A DNA stretch of 61,630 nucleotides, counting the filler, from Thermodesulfobacteriota bacterium (GTDB taxonomy: Bacteria > DASVDK01), in the NCBI GenBank assembly GCA_036381125.1. It is 4 parts of 4 records of this genome, joined end to end, with 100 filler letters (N's around TTAATTAATTAA, not from the genome) between each part and the next. Parts side by side here need not be neighbours in the genome. Positions count along the whole stretch, not along the records: positions 1 to 22,749 come from DASVDK010000346.1; 3 more parts are not named here. One strand, given 5' to 3'. Positions 14,424 through 22,849 of this stretch are shown here, piece by piece. The position numbers were made by a program, and so were the translations under genes. Position 1 is the stretch's first letter. Every line of letters starts with the position of its first letter. The notes under the pieces are model-generated. The model was not told the origin of the DNA, searched no databases, and worked only from the letters and a program-made list of their open reading frames with translations.

Positions 14424-15119
14424 ATGCAGCGCACGGAGATGACGGCGCAGGTTCGCCGGCAGATGGGGAAGGGGGCGGCTCGCCAGGTCCGCCGCGAAGG
14501 GCAGATCCCGGCGGTCCTCTACGGGCGCGGGACCAGCCCGGTCGCCCTCAGCGTGAGCCCACAGGCCCTTCGGGGCGCGCTCGCCACCGGCGGCGCCAAC
14601 GCGCTCATCACGCTCAAGATCGAGGGCGACGGGGCCTCGGGCGCGACGAAGGTCGTCATGCTCAAGGACGTCCAGACCGACCCGGTGCGCCGCACCTGGA
14701 TCCACGCGGACCTCTACGAGGTCCGGATGGACGAGACGATCACCGTCGAGGTGCCGGTCCGGATCGTCGGCAAGGCCGAGGGGGTCAAGACGGGCGGCAT
14801 CCTCGAGACCGTGCTGCGGTCGGTCACGGTCGAGTGCCTCCCGGGGCAGATCCCCGACGTGTTCGAGGTGGACGTGACGCCGCTTGCCGTCGGCCAGTCG
14901 ATCCACGTCGGCGACCTGAAGCTCCCCGAGGGGGTCAGGCTCAGGACCCCGGCGGGCGACACGCTGGTCACGGTCATCGCGCCGCAGGCCGAGGCGGCGC
15001 CGACGCCCGAGGAGCAGGAGGCGGCGCTCAAGGCGAGCCTCGCGGGGCCCGAGGGCGAGGCCAAGGGCGCCGGGGCGTCGGGCGGCGGCGCGAAGCCGGC
15101 CGGCGGCGGGAAGAAGTAG
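14424..15119 (+). CDS. rplY: 50S ribosomal protein L25/general stress protein Ctc
   Basis: GKGAARQVRREGQIPAVLYG, HADLY, GVKTGG, C-terminal Ctc beta domain. Confidence 0.95.
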   Translation: MQRTEMTAQVRRQMGKGAARQVRREGQIPAVLYGRGTSPVALSVSPQALRGALATGGANALITLKIEGDGASGATKVVMLKDVQTDPVRRTWIHADLYEVRMDETITVEVPVRIVGKAEGVKTGGILETVLRSVTVECLPGQIPDVFEVDVTPLAVGQSIHVGDLKLPEGVRLRTPAGDTLVTVIAPQAEAAPTPEEQEAALKASLAGPEGEAKGAGASGGGAKPAGGGKK

Positions 15120-15122
15120 CGG

Positions 15123-15749
15123 TTGAAGATCATCGCCGGCCTCGGCAACCCCGGACCGGAGTACGAGGTCACGCGGCACAACGTCGGGTTCCTCGTGGTG
15201 GACGCCCTGGCGGACGCCCACGGGCTCGCCTTCGGGCCGCGGAAGTTCGACGCGCTGACGGCGCGCGGGCGGGTGGCGGGCCAGGAGGTGCTCCTGGCCA
15301 AGCCGCTCACGTACGTGAACCTGAGCGGTCGCAGCATCGCGCCGCTCGCGGCGTTCCACAAGGTGGCGCCGTCGGACCTCCTGGTGGTCCACGACGACCT
15401 CGACCTCGAGTTCGGCCGCATCCAGCTCCGCGAGCGCGGCGGCGACGGCGGGCACAACGGCCTCAGGTCGATCATCGCCGAGCTCGGCAGCCGGGACTTC
15501 GCGAGGCTCAGGGTCGGCATCGGGCGCCCCCGACTTCCCGATGGCGCGCCGCCGCGGGCGCCCTCGGCGCGGCGCGGACAGGTCGTCGGTCACGTCCTGT
15601 CCCCGTTCACGGACGAGGAACTCCCGACGCTCGAGCGGGTCATCGCCCGGGCGGTCGAGGCGATCGAGAGCGTCCTGCGCGAGGGGATCGCGCGGGCGAT
15701 GAACCGGTACAACCAGCTCCTTGCTCCGGACGCGAGGTCCGGGGCTTGA
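15123..15749 (+). CDS. pth: Peptidyl-tRNA hydrolase
   Basis: GLGNPG..Y..TRHNVGF, KPLTYVNLSG, VHDDLDL, GGHNGLRS, RLRVGIGRP; TTG start. Confidence 0.96.
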   Translation: MKIIAGLGNPGPEYEVTRHNVGFLVVDALADAHGLAFGPRKFDALTARGRVAGQEVLLAKPLTYVNLSGRSIAPLAAFHKVAPSDLLVVHDDLDLEFGRIQLRERGGDGGHNGLRSIIAELGSRDFARLRVGIGRPRLPDGAPPRAPSARRGQVVGHVLSPFTDEELPTLERVIARAVEAIESVLREGIARAMNRYNQLLAPDARSGA

Positions 15750-15762
15750 CAGCCACAAGGAG
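15717..15762 (+). promoter_or_regulatory. rpsF leader (S6:S18-binding cis-regulatory RNA)
   Basis: CTCCTTG pairs with CAAGGAG (contains the RBS), inner hairpin GCTCCGGAC-GCGAG-GTCCGGGGC, unpaired CCA just before the RBS strand, matching the CCR-motif architecture. Confidence 0.75.
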
Positions 15763-15771
15763 ACGCACCAC

Positions 15772-16224
15772 GTGACGCGGTACGAACTGGTCTTCATCGT
15801 GCATCCCGACCGATCCGACGAGGACGCCCGCAAGGTGCTCGATCGGGTGAAGGACGTCGTCGCCAGCCAGGGCGGCGAGGTCCTCAAGGTCGAGGAGTGG
15901 GGCAAGCGCAAGCTGGCCTACGAGATCAAGAAGCAGTCGAAGGGTACGTACTTCCTGGTGCACTACAACGGCACCGGGGCGGTCCTCAACGAGGTCGAGC
16001 GGACCCTCCGCATCTCGGACGACGTCCTCAAGTACCTGACGGTGGTCGTCGACGAGCGGGACCTCGCCGCGCAGGCGGCCGCTGCCTCCACCGCCGGGAC
16101 CGCGCCGAGGCGGGCCGGCGACGGCGACGAGGGGGGCGAAGGGACCGAGGGACGCGAGGGGGGCGACGGGGACGCGGCGACCCCCATGGCGGCCGCCGCT
16201 GCGGACGACGCCGACGGCAAGTAG
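15772..16224 (+). CDS. rpsF: 30S ribosomal protein S6 with acidic C-terminal extension
   Basis: RYELVFIVHPD, EEWGKRKLAYEIKK, ERTLRISDDVLKYL; AAGGAG RBS then GTG. Confidence 0.95.
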   Translation: MTRYELVFIVHPDRSDEDARKVLDRVKDVVASQGGEVLKVEEWGKRKLAYEIKKQSKGTYFLVHYNGTGAVLNEVERTLRISDDVLKYLTVVVDERDLAAQAAAASTAGTAPRRAGDGDEGGEGTEGREGGDGDAATPMAAAAADDADGK

Positions 16225-16254
16225 CGCGCCCCGATCTCGAGAGGCATTCACACG

Positions 16255-16569
16255 ATGGAGACGACGACCATGACCGTTCCGACCACGCCTGGTCAGGGCC
16301 CTTCGCGGTCCGTGGGGCCCTCGGCCGGGCCCGCGCCGAAGCCGAAGCGGACGTTCGGCCGCCGCAAGGTCTGCCGCTTCTGCGCCGACAAGAGCCTGCG
16401 GATCGACTACAAGGACCCGCGGACGCTCAAGTACTTCACCACCGAGCGGGGCAAGATCATCCCGCGCCGGATCTCGGGTAACTGCGCCCGGCACCAGCGC
16501 GCCATGACGACCGCGATCAAGCGCGCGCGGCACATCGCGCTCTTGCCGTTCACCGCGTCGATGACCTGA
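16255..16569 (+). CDS. rpsR: 30S ribosomal protein S18 (zinc-binding form)
   Basis: [45 protein letters not shown]. Confidence 0.97.
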   Translation: METTTMTVPTTPGQGPSRSVGPSAGPAPKPKRTFGRRKVCRFCADKSLRIDYKDPRTLKYFTTERGKIIPRRISGNCARHQRAMTTAIKRARHIALLPFTASMT

Positions 16570-16582
16570 GCGCCGCGCGGCC

Positions 16583-17566
16583 GTGATGGGGAGCCAGGAC
16601 CAGCGGGCGTCCCGATCGGTGGGGCGGACGGCGGGTGCGGTGCTCCTCGCGGCCGCGCTCGGCGGGGCGCCGCTCGTCGCGCCGCTGCCGGGCCTGCTCG
16701 CGCACCTCTTCACGCCGGCCCCCATCGTCTGGCTCGTGTGGCGGGGGGAGCGGCGGGCCGCGGCGCTGGCGGGGGCCGGCGTGCTCGGCGCGGCCCTCCT
16801 CGGCGGGCCGGCCTACCTGACCCAGGTGGTCGAGTTCATCGCGCCCATGACGCTGGCGCTCGTCCGGGCGGTGTCGGGCCGGTGGTCCGCCTCGCGGGCG
16901 GTCCTGATCGCCACCGCGGCGACCGTGGCGGTCGGGGTCGTCGGGCTGGTGTCGCAGGGGGGCAACCCGGTGGAGGCGGCCCGCGAGCAGGCGCGACAGG
17001 CGGGCGAGATGCTGGCCGACGTCCTGGCGCGCGACGCCGGGGAGACGGTCGACGCCGCCGCGGTGGCGCGGTGGCTCTTCCGGCTCCAGCCGGCCCTCGT
17101 CCTGACGGTCGTGGCGACGGTGGCGTGGCTCAACCTGGCCATCGTCCGGCGCTCCGTGCTCGGCTGGGCGCCGCTCGACCTCGGCGCCGCCGGGCCGAAC
17201 GCGGAGCGGCCGCCGTTCGACGCGTGGTACGAGTGGCGAGCGCCCGAGCCGCTCGTGTTCGTGCTGATCCTCGGGGGGCTCGCGCTGCTCCCCGGGCACG
17301 AGGCGGCGACGGCCGCGGGACTGAACGTCCTCATCGTCGTCGGCCTCGTCTACCTCTGGCAGGGACTCGCCGTCGTCGGGTTCGTCTTCCGCGTCCGGCG
17401 CGTCCCCATGCCGTTCCGGGGGGCCGGCTACGCGCTCGTCGCGCTGCATCCGGCCGTGGCGGCGCTGGTCGGGGTGCTCGGCCTCGCCGATCTCTGGGTG
17501 GATTTCCGTCGGCGCGCGCGCCGCTCGGCCGGCCGCGCGACCGACGACGCCGATCATGGAGGCTAG
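16583..17566 (+). CDS. DUF2232/YybS-family membrane protein
   Basis: Multi-TM protein, WRAPEPLVF, YLWQGLAVV, LGLADLWVDFR; conserved rpsR-X-rplI position. Confidence 0.8.
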   Translation: MMGSQDQRASRSVGRTAGAVLLAAALGGAPLVAPLPGLLAHLFTPAPIVWLVWRGERRAAALAGAGVLGAALLGGPAYLTQVVEFIAPMTLALVRAVSGRWSASRAVLIATAATVAVGVVGLVSQGGNPVEAAREQARQAGEMLADVLARDAGETVDAAAVARWLFRLQPALVLTVVATVAWLNLAIVRRSVLGWAPLDLGAAGPNAERPPFDAWYEWRAPEPLVFVLILGGLALLPGHEAATAAGLNVLIVVGLVYLWQGLAVVGFVFRVRRVPMPFRGAGYALVALHPAVAALVGVLGLADLWVDFRRRARRSAGRATDDADHGG

Positions 17567-17572
17567 GGACCC

Positions 17573-18028
17573 ATGAAGTTGATCCTGCGTGAGGACATCG
17601 CCAAGCTCGGCCGGATGGGCGATCTCGTGGAGGTGAAGGACGGCTACGGCCGCAACTACCTCCTGCCGAAGAAGCTCGCCGTCCTGGCCACCGAGAAGAA
17701 CGTCCGCGCCCTCGAGCACGAGAAGCGCGTGATCGAGACCAAGGCGAAGAAGCTCGAGCAGTCCGCCAGGACGCAGGCCCAGGCGCTCGACGGGGTCAGC
17801 GTGCGCTTCGTGCGCGCGGCCGGCGAGGAGGGGAAGCTCTTCGGCTCGGTGACCGCCATGGACATCGAGGAGGCGCTCAGGGACAAGGGCCACGAGGTGG
17901 AGCGCCGCCGCATCGAGCTCGCCTACCCGATCAAGACCCTCGGGACGCACGAGGTGAAGGTCCGCATCCTGCGCGACATCGCCGCGACGATCACGGTCGA
18001 GGTCGTGCGCGAGGACGCGGCGGCCTGA
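17573..18028 (+). CDS. rplI: 50S ribosomal protein L9
   Basis: MKLILREDIAKLGRMGDLVEVKDGYGRNYLLP, GKLFGSVT. Confidence 0.97.
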   Translation: MKLILREDIAKLGRMGDLVEVKDGYGRNYLLPKKLAVLATEKNVRALEHEKRVIETKAKKLEQSARTQAQALDGVSVRFVRAAGEEGKLFGSVTAMDIEEALRDKGHEVERRRIELAYPIKTLGTHEVKVRILRDIAATITVEVVREDAAA

Positions 18029-18121
18029 CGCGGCCGCTCGGGCGAACCCGGGCTGACGGGGATCGCGACGAGGCAGAGCCGCGAGAGGGCCGCGAACCGC
18101 GAACTGCGGTAGACTCCGCGC

Positions 18122-19471
18122 ATGGCGCACGAGCGGATCCCGCCGCAGGACCTGGAGGCCGAACGGGCGGTCCTCGGCGGGATCCTTCGCGACAACGACG
18201 CCATCAACCGGGTGGTCGAGCTGGTCGCGCCGGAGGACTTCTACCAGCCGGGGCACCGGGCGATCTACGCGGCGATGCTCGAGCTCTCCGAGCGGGGCGC
18301 GCCGATCGACGTCATCACGCTCGCCGAGGCGCTGCGGGTGCAGGGCCGCCTCGACGACGTCGGAGGCCGCGCGGGGCTCGCCGCGCTGGCCGACGCCACG
18401 CCGACGGCCGTCGGCATCGAGGCCCACGCCAGGCCGGTCCGCGACCGGTCGCTCCTGCGGCGGGCGATCGCCGCGGCGCAGGCGGTCATCGCCCGCGGCT
18501 ACGAGGACCCGGGCGACGTGGACGACTTCCTCGATCAGGCCGAGCGGAGCGTCTTCGAGCTGTCCGAGCGGCGCGTGCGCCCCTCCTTCGTCGCGACCCG
18601 CGACCTCGTTCGCGAGGCCTTCCGCGTGATCGAGGAGCGGGCCGAGGCGGGCAACCCGACGACCGGCGTCCCGACCGGGTTCCGCGACCTCGACGACATG
18701 ACCGGCGGGTTGCAGCCGGGCGACCTGGTCATCATCGCGGGCCGGCCGGCGATGGGGAAGACGGCCTTCGCGCTGAACCTCGCCGGCCACGTGGCGCTCC
18801 GGGAGAGGCGGGGCGTGGCGGTCTTCTCGCTCGAGATGTCGCGCGAGCAGCTCGTCATGCGGATGCTCTGCGCCGAGGCCAAGGTCGACGCCGGGCGGCT
18901 GCGCAGCGGCTTCCTCTCCGAGCGCGACTGGCGGGAGCTCACCCGGCACGCGGGCCGGCTCTCCGAGGCGCCGCTCTTCATCGACGACACGCCCGCGCTG
19001 ACCGTCCTCGAGATGCGGGCAAAGGCGCGCCGCCTCACGGCCGAGCGGCCCCTCGGGCTCCTCGTGGTCGACTACCTGCAGCTCATGCGCGGGCCGGACC
19101 AGGGGGGCGAGCGGCGCGAGCAGGAGATCAGCGAGATCTCGCGCGGCCTCAAGGCGCTCGCCAAGGAGCTGTCGGTCCCGGTGGTGGCCCTCTCGCAGCT
19201 CAACCGCGGCCTCGAGATGCGCGACGAGAAGCGGCCGAAGCTCTCGGACCTGCGCGAGTCGGGCGCCATCGAGCAGGACGCGGACCTCATCCTCTTCCTC
19301 TACCGCGACGCGGTCTACCGCAACCGGGAGTGGCGCGAGGCGAACCCCGACAAGGTCGGCGACGCCGAGGTCATCATCGGCAAGCAGCGCAACGGCCCCA
19401 TCGGGACCGTCCACCTCGAGTTCGTCGACCGCTTCACCCTCTTCCAGGACAGGGCGAGCGCCGAGCCGTAG
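18122..19471 (+). CDS. dnaB: Replicative DNA helicase
   Basis: PPQDLEAERAVLG, AGRPAMGKT, FSLEMS, VDYLQLM, LSQLNR, SDLRESGAIEQDAD, KQRNGP; no intein seen. Confidence 0.97.
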   Translation: MAHERIPPQDLEAERAVLGGILRDNDAINRVVELVAPEDFYQPGHRAIYAAMLELSERGAPIDVITLAEALRVQGRLDDVGGRAGLAALADATPTAVGIEAHARPVRDRSLLRRAIAAAQAVIARGYEDPGDVDDFLDQAERSVFELSERRVRPSFVATRDLVREAFRVIEERAEAGNPTTGVPTGFRDLDDMTGGLQPGDLVIIAGRPAMGKTAFALNLAGHVALRERRGVAVFSLEMSREQLVMRMLCAEAKVDAGRLRSGFLSERDWRELTRHAGRLSEAPLFIDDTPALTVLEMRAKARRLTAERPLGLLVVDYLQLMRGPDQGGERREQEISEISRGLKALAKELSVPVVALSQLNRGLEMRDEKRPKLSDLRESGAIEQDADLILFLYRDAVYRNREWREANPDKVGDAEVIIGKQRNGPIGTVHLEFVDRFTLFQDRASAEP

Positions 19472-19528
19472 GGACGCCGCGAGGGCCTGCACCGCCGGGG
19501 CCGGCGGCTCCTCTGCTAGACTGCGGCG

Positions 19529-20800
19529 ATGGCGCGCCGACTCGCCCTCCTCGCGGCCCTCGTCGCCCCATGGCTCGCCCCCGTCGCTGCGGCGGCCGCC
19601 ACCGTCTCCATCACGTGCGGCTCGGTGGGGGTGCAGTTCGAGCTCTGCCGCTCGGGCGCCGAGGCGTGGGCGAGGCAGAGCGGCCATCGGGTCCGCGTCG
19701 TCTCGACGCCGAGGGCGAGCAACGAGGTCCTCGCCCTCTACCTGCAGCTCCTCGCCGCCGGGTCGCGCGACATCGACGTGCTGCGGATCGACTCGGTCTG
19801 GCCCGGCCTCCTCGCGCCGCACCTGGCCGACCTCCGCGAGCACGTCGACGAGTCGATCGTGGCGCAGCACTTCCCGTCGGTCATCGAGGCCGCCACGGTC
19901 GAGGGCCGCCTCGTGGCCCTCCCGTGGTTCGTCGACGTCGGCCTCCTCTACTACCGGAAGGACCTCCTCGAGAAGTACGGCCGGCCGGTGCCGGCCACGT
20001 GGCAGGCGCTCACGGAGACGGCGGCGGCCATCGTGGAGGCGGAGCGCCGTGCCGGCAACGCCGACCTCTGGGGCTTCGTCTTCCAGGGGCGGCCCTACGA
20101 AGGGCTCACCTGCAACGCGCTCGAGTGGATCGCGAGCTACGGCGGCGGCACCATCGTCGACGCCCACGGGCGCGTCACGGTGAACAATCCCGCCGCGGTC
20201 GAGGCCCTGACGCTCGCCAGCACGTGGGTCGGCGGCATCGCGCCGCCCGGCGTCCTCAACTACGCCGAGGAGGAGTCGCGCGGCGCGTTCCAGTCGGGCC
20301 GCGCGGTCTTCATGCGGAACTGGCCCTACGCCTGGGGCCTCGCGAACGCGCCCGACAGCCCGGTCCGGGGAAAGGTCGGGGTCGCCCCGCTGCCGGCCGG
20401 CGGCCCCGACGGCCGCCACGCCAGCACCCTCGGCGGCGCGCTCCTCGCCGTGAGCCGCTACTCCGCCGAGCCCGGCGCCGCCGCCGACCTCGTCCGGTAC
20501 CTCACCGGCGCGGCCGAGCAGAAGCGGGCGGCGCTCGAGTCCTCGCTCAACCCGACCCTCCCGGCCCTCTACCGCGACCCGGAGATCCTGAAGGCGAACC
20601 CGTTCATGGCGGGGCTTGCCGACGTCATCGGGCGGGCCGTGGCGCGGCCCGCCCGGGCGACCGGCCGCCGCTACAACCAGGTCTCGACCGAGACCTGGGC
20701 CGCGGTGCACGACACGCTGGCCGGCCGGGGGACCGCGCAGGCGAACCTCGCCCGCCTCGAACGGACGCTCGAGCGCCTGCGGAGGGGCGGGCGCTGGTAG
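19529..20800 (+). CDS. Sugar ABC transporter substrate-binding protein (trehalose/maltose ThuE-like)
   Basis: Signal peptide, LYYRKDLLEKYG, FQGRPYEGLTCNALEW, FMRNWPYAW. Confidence 0.85.
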   Translation: MARRLALLAALVAPWLAPVAAAAATVSITCGSVGVQFELCRSGAEAWARQSGHRVRVVSTPRASNEVLALYLQLLAAGSRDIDVLRIDSVWPGLLAPHLADLREHVDESIVAQHFPSVIEAATVEGRLVALPWFVDVGLLYYRKDLLEKYGRPVPATWQALTETAAAIVEAERRAGNADLWGFVFQGRPYEGLTCNALEWIASYGGGTIVDAHGRVTVNNPAAVEALTLASTWVGGIAPPGVLNYAEEESRGAFQSGRAVFMRNWPYAWGLANAPDSPVRGKVGVAPLPAGGPDGRHASTLGGALLAVSRYSAEPGAAADLVRYLTGAAEQKRAALESSLNPTLPALYRDPEILKANPFMAGLADVIGRAVARPARATGRRYNQVSTETWAAVHDTLAGRGTAQANLARLERTLERLRRGGRW

Positions 20801-21720
20801 CGGGCCGCGCGCACGGCACGCGGCGCTCGGGCGTCGCCGGTGCCAGGCGTCGCTCGGCGTGGGGCTTCCTCCTGCCCCTGCTCGCGGTGCTCGCCGTCGT
20901 CGCCGGGTGGCCGCTCGGGAGGACCTTCTACTTCGCGTTCACCGACACGACGCTCGGCCGCTTCGCGGATGCCGAGTTCGTCGGCCTCGCCAACTTCGCG
21001 GCGCTGGCCGTCGACCCGGACTGGTGGGGCGCGGTCCGCAACACGCTCGTCTTCGCCGCCGTCTCCGTGTCGCTCGAGACCGTGCTCGGCGTCGTGATCG
21101 CGCTCGCCCTCGACGCGCACATGCCCGGCCGCGGCCTCCTGCGGGCCGCCGTCCTCGTCCCGTGGGCCATCCCGACCGTCGTGTCCGCGCAGATGTGGAA
21201 CTGGATGTACAACGACCTCTACGGCGTGCTGAACGCGCTCCTCCTGGCGGTCGGCGTGATCGACGCCCCGCGCGCCTGGACGGCCGACCCCGACCTCGCC
21301 CTCTTCGCCATCGTCGCCGTGGACGTCTGGAAGACGACCCCCTTCGTCGCGCTCCTCGTCCTGGCCGCCCTCCAGCTCGTGCCGCGCGAGGTCTACGAGG
21401 CCGCACGGGTCGACGGCGTGCCGCCGATCACCTGCTTCTTCCTCGTGACGCTCCCGCTCATCCGGCGCGGCCTCCTCGTGGCGGTCGTCTTCCGGACCCT
21501 CGACGCCCTGCGCGTCTTCGACCAGATCTACGTCCTGACCGGCACGAGCCGCCACACCGCGTCGATGGCGATCTTCGCGCGGCAGCAGCTCGTCGACTTC
21601 CAGGACGTCGGGTACGGCTCGGCCGCCTCGGTCTGCGTCTTCCTCCTGGTCGCGGTCGCGGCCGCGCTCTACCTGACCATCGTCGGCATCCGCGCCGACG
21701 GCGAGGGGGCGCGGTCGTGA
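20794..21720 (+). CDS. Sugar ABC transporter permease (ThuF/MalF-like); start uncertain, CTG 20794 proposed
   Basis: FVGLANF, LVPWAIPTVVSA, DVWKTTPF, EAA loop YEAARVDG. Confidence 0.85.
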   Translation: MVAGRAHGTRRSGVAGARRRSAWGFLLPLLAVLAVVAGWPLGRTFYFAFTDTTLGRFADAEFVGLANFAALAVDPDWWGAVRNTLVFAAVSVSLETVLGVVIALALDAHMPGRGLLRAAVLVPWAIPTVVSAQMWNWMYNDLYGVLNALLLAVGVIDAPRAWTADPDLALFAIVAVDVWKTTPFVALLVLAALQLVPREVYEAARVDGVPPITCFFLVTLPLIRRGLLVAVVFRTLDALRVFDQIYVLTGTSRHTASMAIFARQQLVDFQDVGYGSAASVCVFLLVAVAAALYLTIVGIRADGEGARS

Positions 21721-22550
21721 CGGTCCGCCGGGCGCTCCGCCGCGCAGGGCTCGCGGTGCTCGTGGCCGCGATCGTGGTCTACACGCTCTTCCCGTTCTAC
21801 TGGGCGATCGTCTCCTCCTTCGAGTTCGGCAGCGCGCTCTTCACGGTCGACTTCCTGCCGCGCGACCCCGGCCTCGACAACTACGTGGCCGTCTTCCGGA
21901 ACCAGCCCCTCGGCCGGAACATCCTCAACTCCATCGTCGTCGCGGCTTCGGTCGTGGCGCTGTCGCTCCTCGTCGCCGTCGGCGCCAGCTACGCGCTCGG
22001 GCGGGTGGACCTGCGGGGGCGGCGCCTCCTCCTGCTCCTCGTCCTCGGCGTGTCGACCTTCCCCCAGATCGCCGTGCTCACCGGGATGTTCGAGCTGATC
22101 CGCGCGCTGGGGCTCTACAACCGGCTCCTCGGCCTCTGCCTCGCCTACCTGATCTTCACGGTCCCCTTCTCGACCTGGGTGCTCACGATCGCCATGCGGG
22201 AGCTGCCGCGGGACATCGAGGAGGCCGCCATCGTCGACGGCGCCTCCCCCTCGACCGTGCTCGCGCGCATCCTCGTCCCGCTCCTGTGGCCGTCCCTGGC
22301 CACGACCGCGCTCCTCGCCTTCATCGTCGCCTGGAACGAGTTCCTCTTCGCGCTCACCTTCACGCTGTCGAACGAGGCCAGGACCGTGCCGGTCGCCATC
22401 GCCCTCATGAGCGGCTCGTCGCAGTACGAGCTGCCGTGGGGCCAGGTGATGGCCGCCTCGGTCGTCGTCACGGTGCCGCTCGTGATCGTCGCGCTGGTCT
22501 TCCAGCGGCGGATCGTGTCGGGGCTGACGGCAGGGGCGGTGAAGGGGTAG
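21717..22550 (+). CDS. Sugar ABC transporter permease (ThuG/MalG-like)
   Basis: LFPFYWAIVSS, IEEAAIVDGA, AWNEFLFA, QRRIVSGLTAGAVKG; GTGA overlap. Confidence 0.88.
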   Translation: MTVRRALRRAGLAVLVAAIVVYTLFPFYWAIVSSFEFGSALFTVDFLPRDPGLDNYVAVFRNQPLGRNILNSIVVAASVVALSLLVAVGASYALGRVDLRGRRLLLLLVLGVSTFPQIAVLTGMFELIRALGLYNRLLGLCLAYLIFTVPFSTWVLTIAMRELPRDIEEAAIVDGASPSTVLARILVPLLWPSLATTALLAFIVAWNEFLFALTFTLSNEARTVPVAIALMSGSSQYELPWGQVMAASVVVTVPLVIVALVFQRRIVSGLTAGAVKG

Positions 22551-22749
22551 GGGCGGGGCAGTGGGGTCAGGTCTTTCCATTTTCCAGACGGGCAGCCCGC
22601 ACCTCGCCCCTCCGGGATCCGCCCTGGCCCCTGACGCCGCTCGCGCGCGCCCGACGGCGACGGGGCCGCGCCGATCGGCATCCTCCACGACGGCGCCATC
22701 GAGCCGCCGGTGCGCCCCGTGCCCCGGATGGAGACGTCGCCGGTGGGCG

Positions 22750-22849
22750 NNNNNNNNNNNNNNNNNNNNNNNNNNNNNNNNNNNNNNNNNNNNTTAATTA
22801 ATTAANNNNNNNNNNNNNNNNNNNNNNNNNNNNNNNNNNNNNNNNNNNN
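22750..22849. other. Artificial contig spacer (N run with TTAATTAATTAA)
   Basis: 100-nt N block with central all-frame stop linker. Confidence 0.97.

Noticed and set aside
19529-22550. Sugar ABC transporter lacking an ATPase as a novelty
   Set aside because: Shared MalK/MsmX-type ATPases are common, and the contig ends 200 bp later
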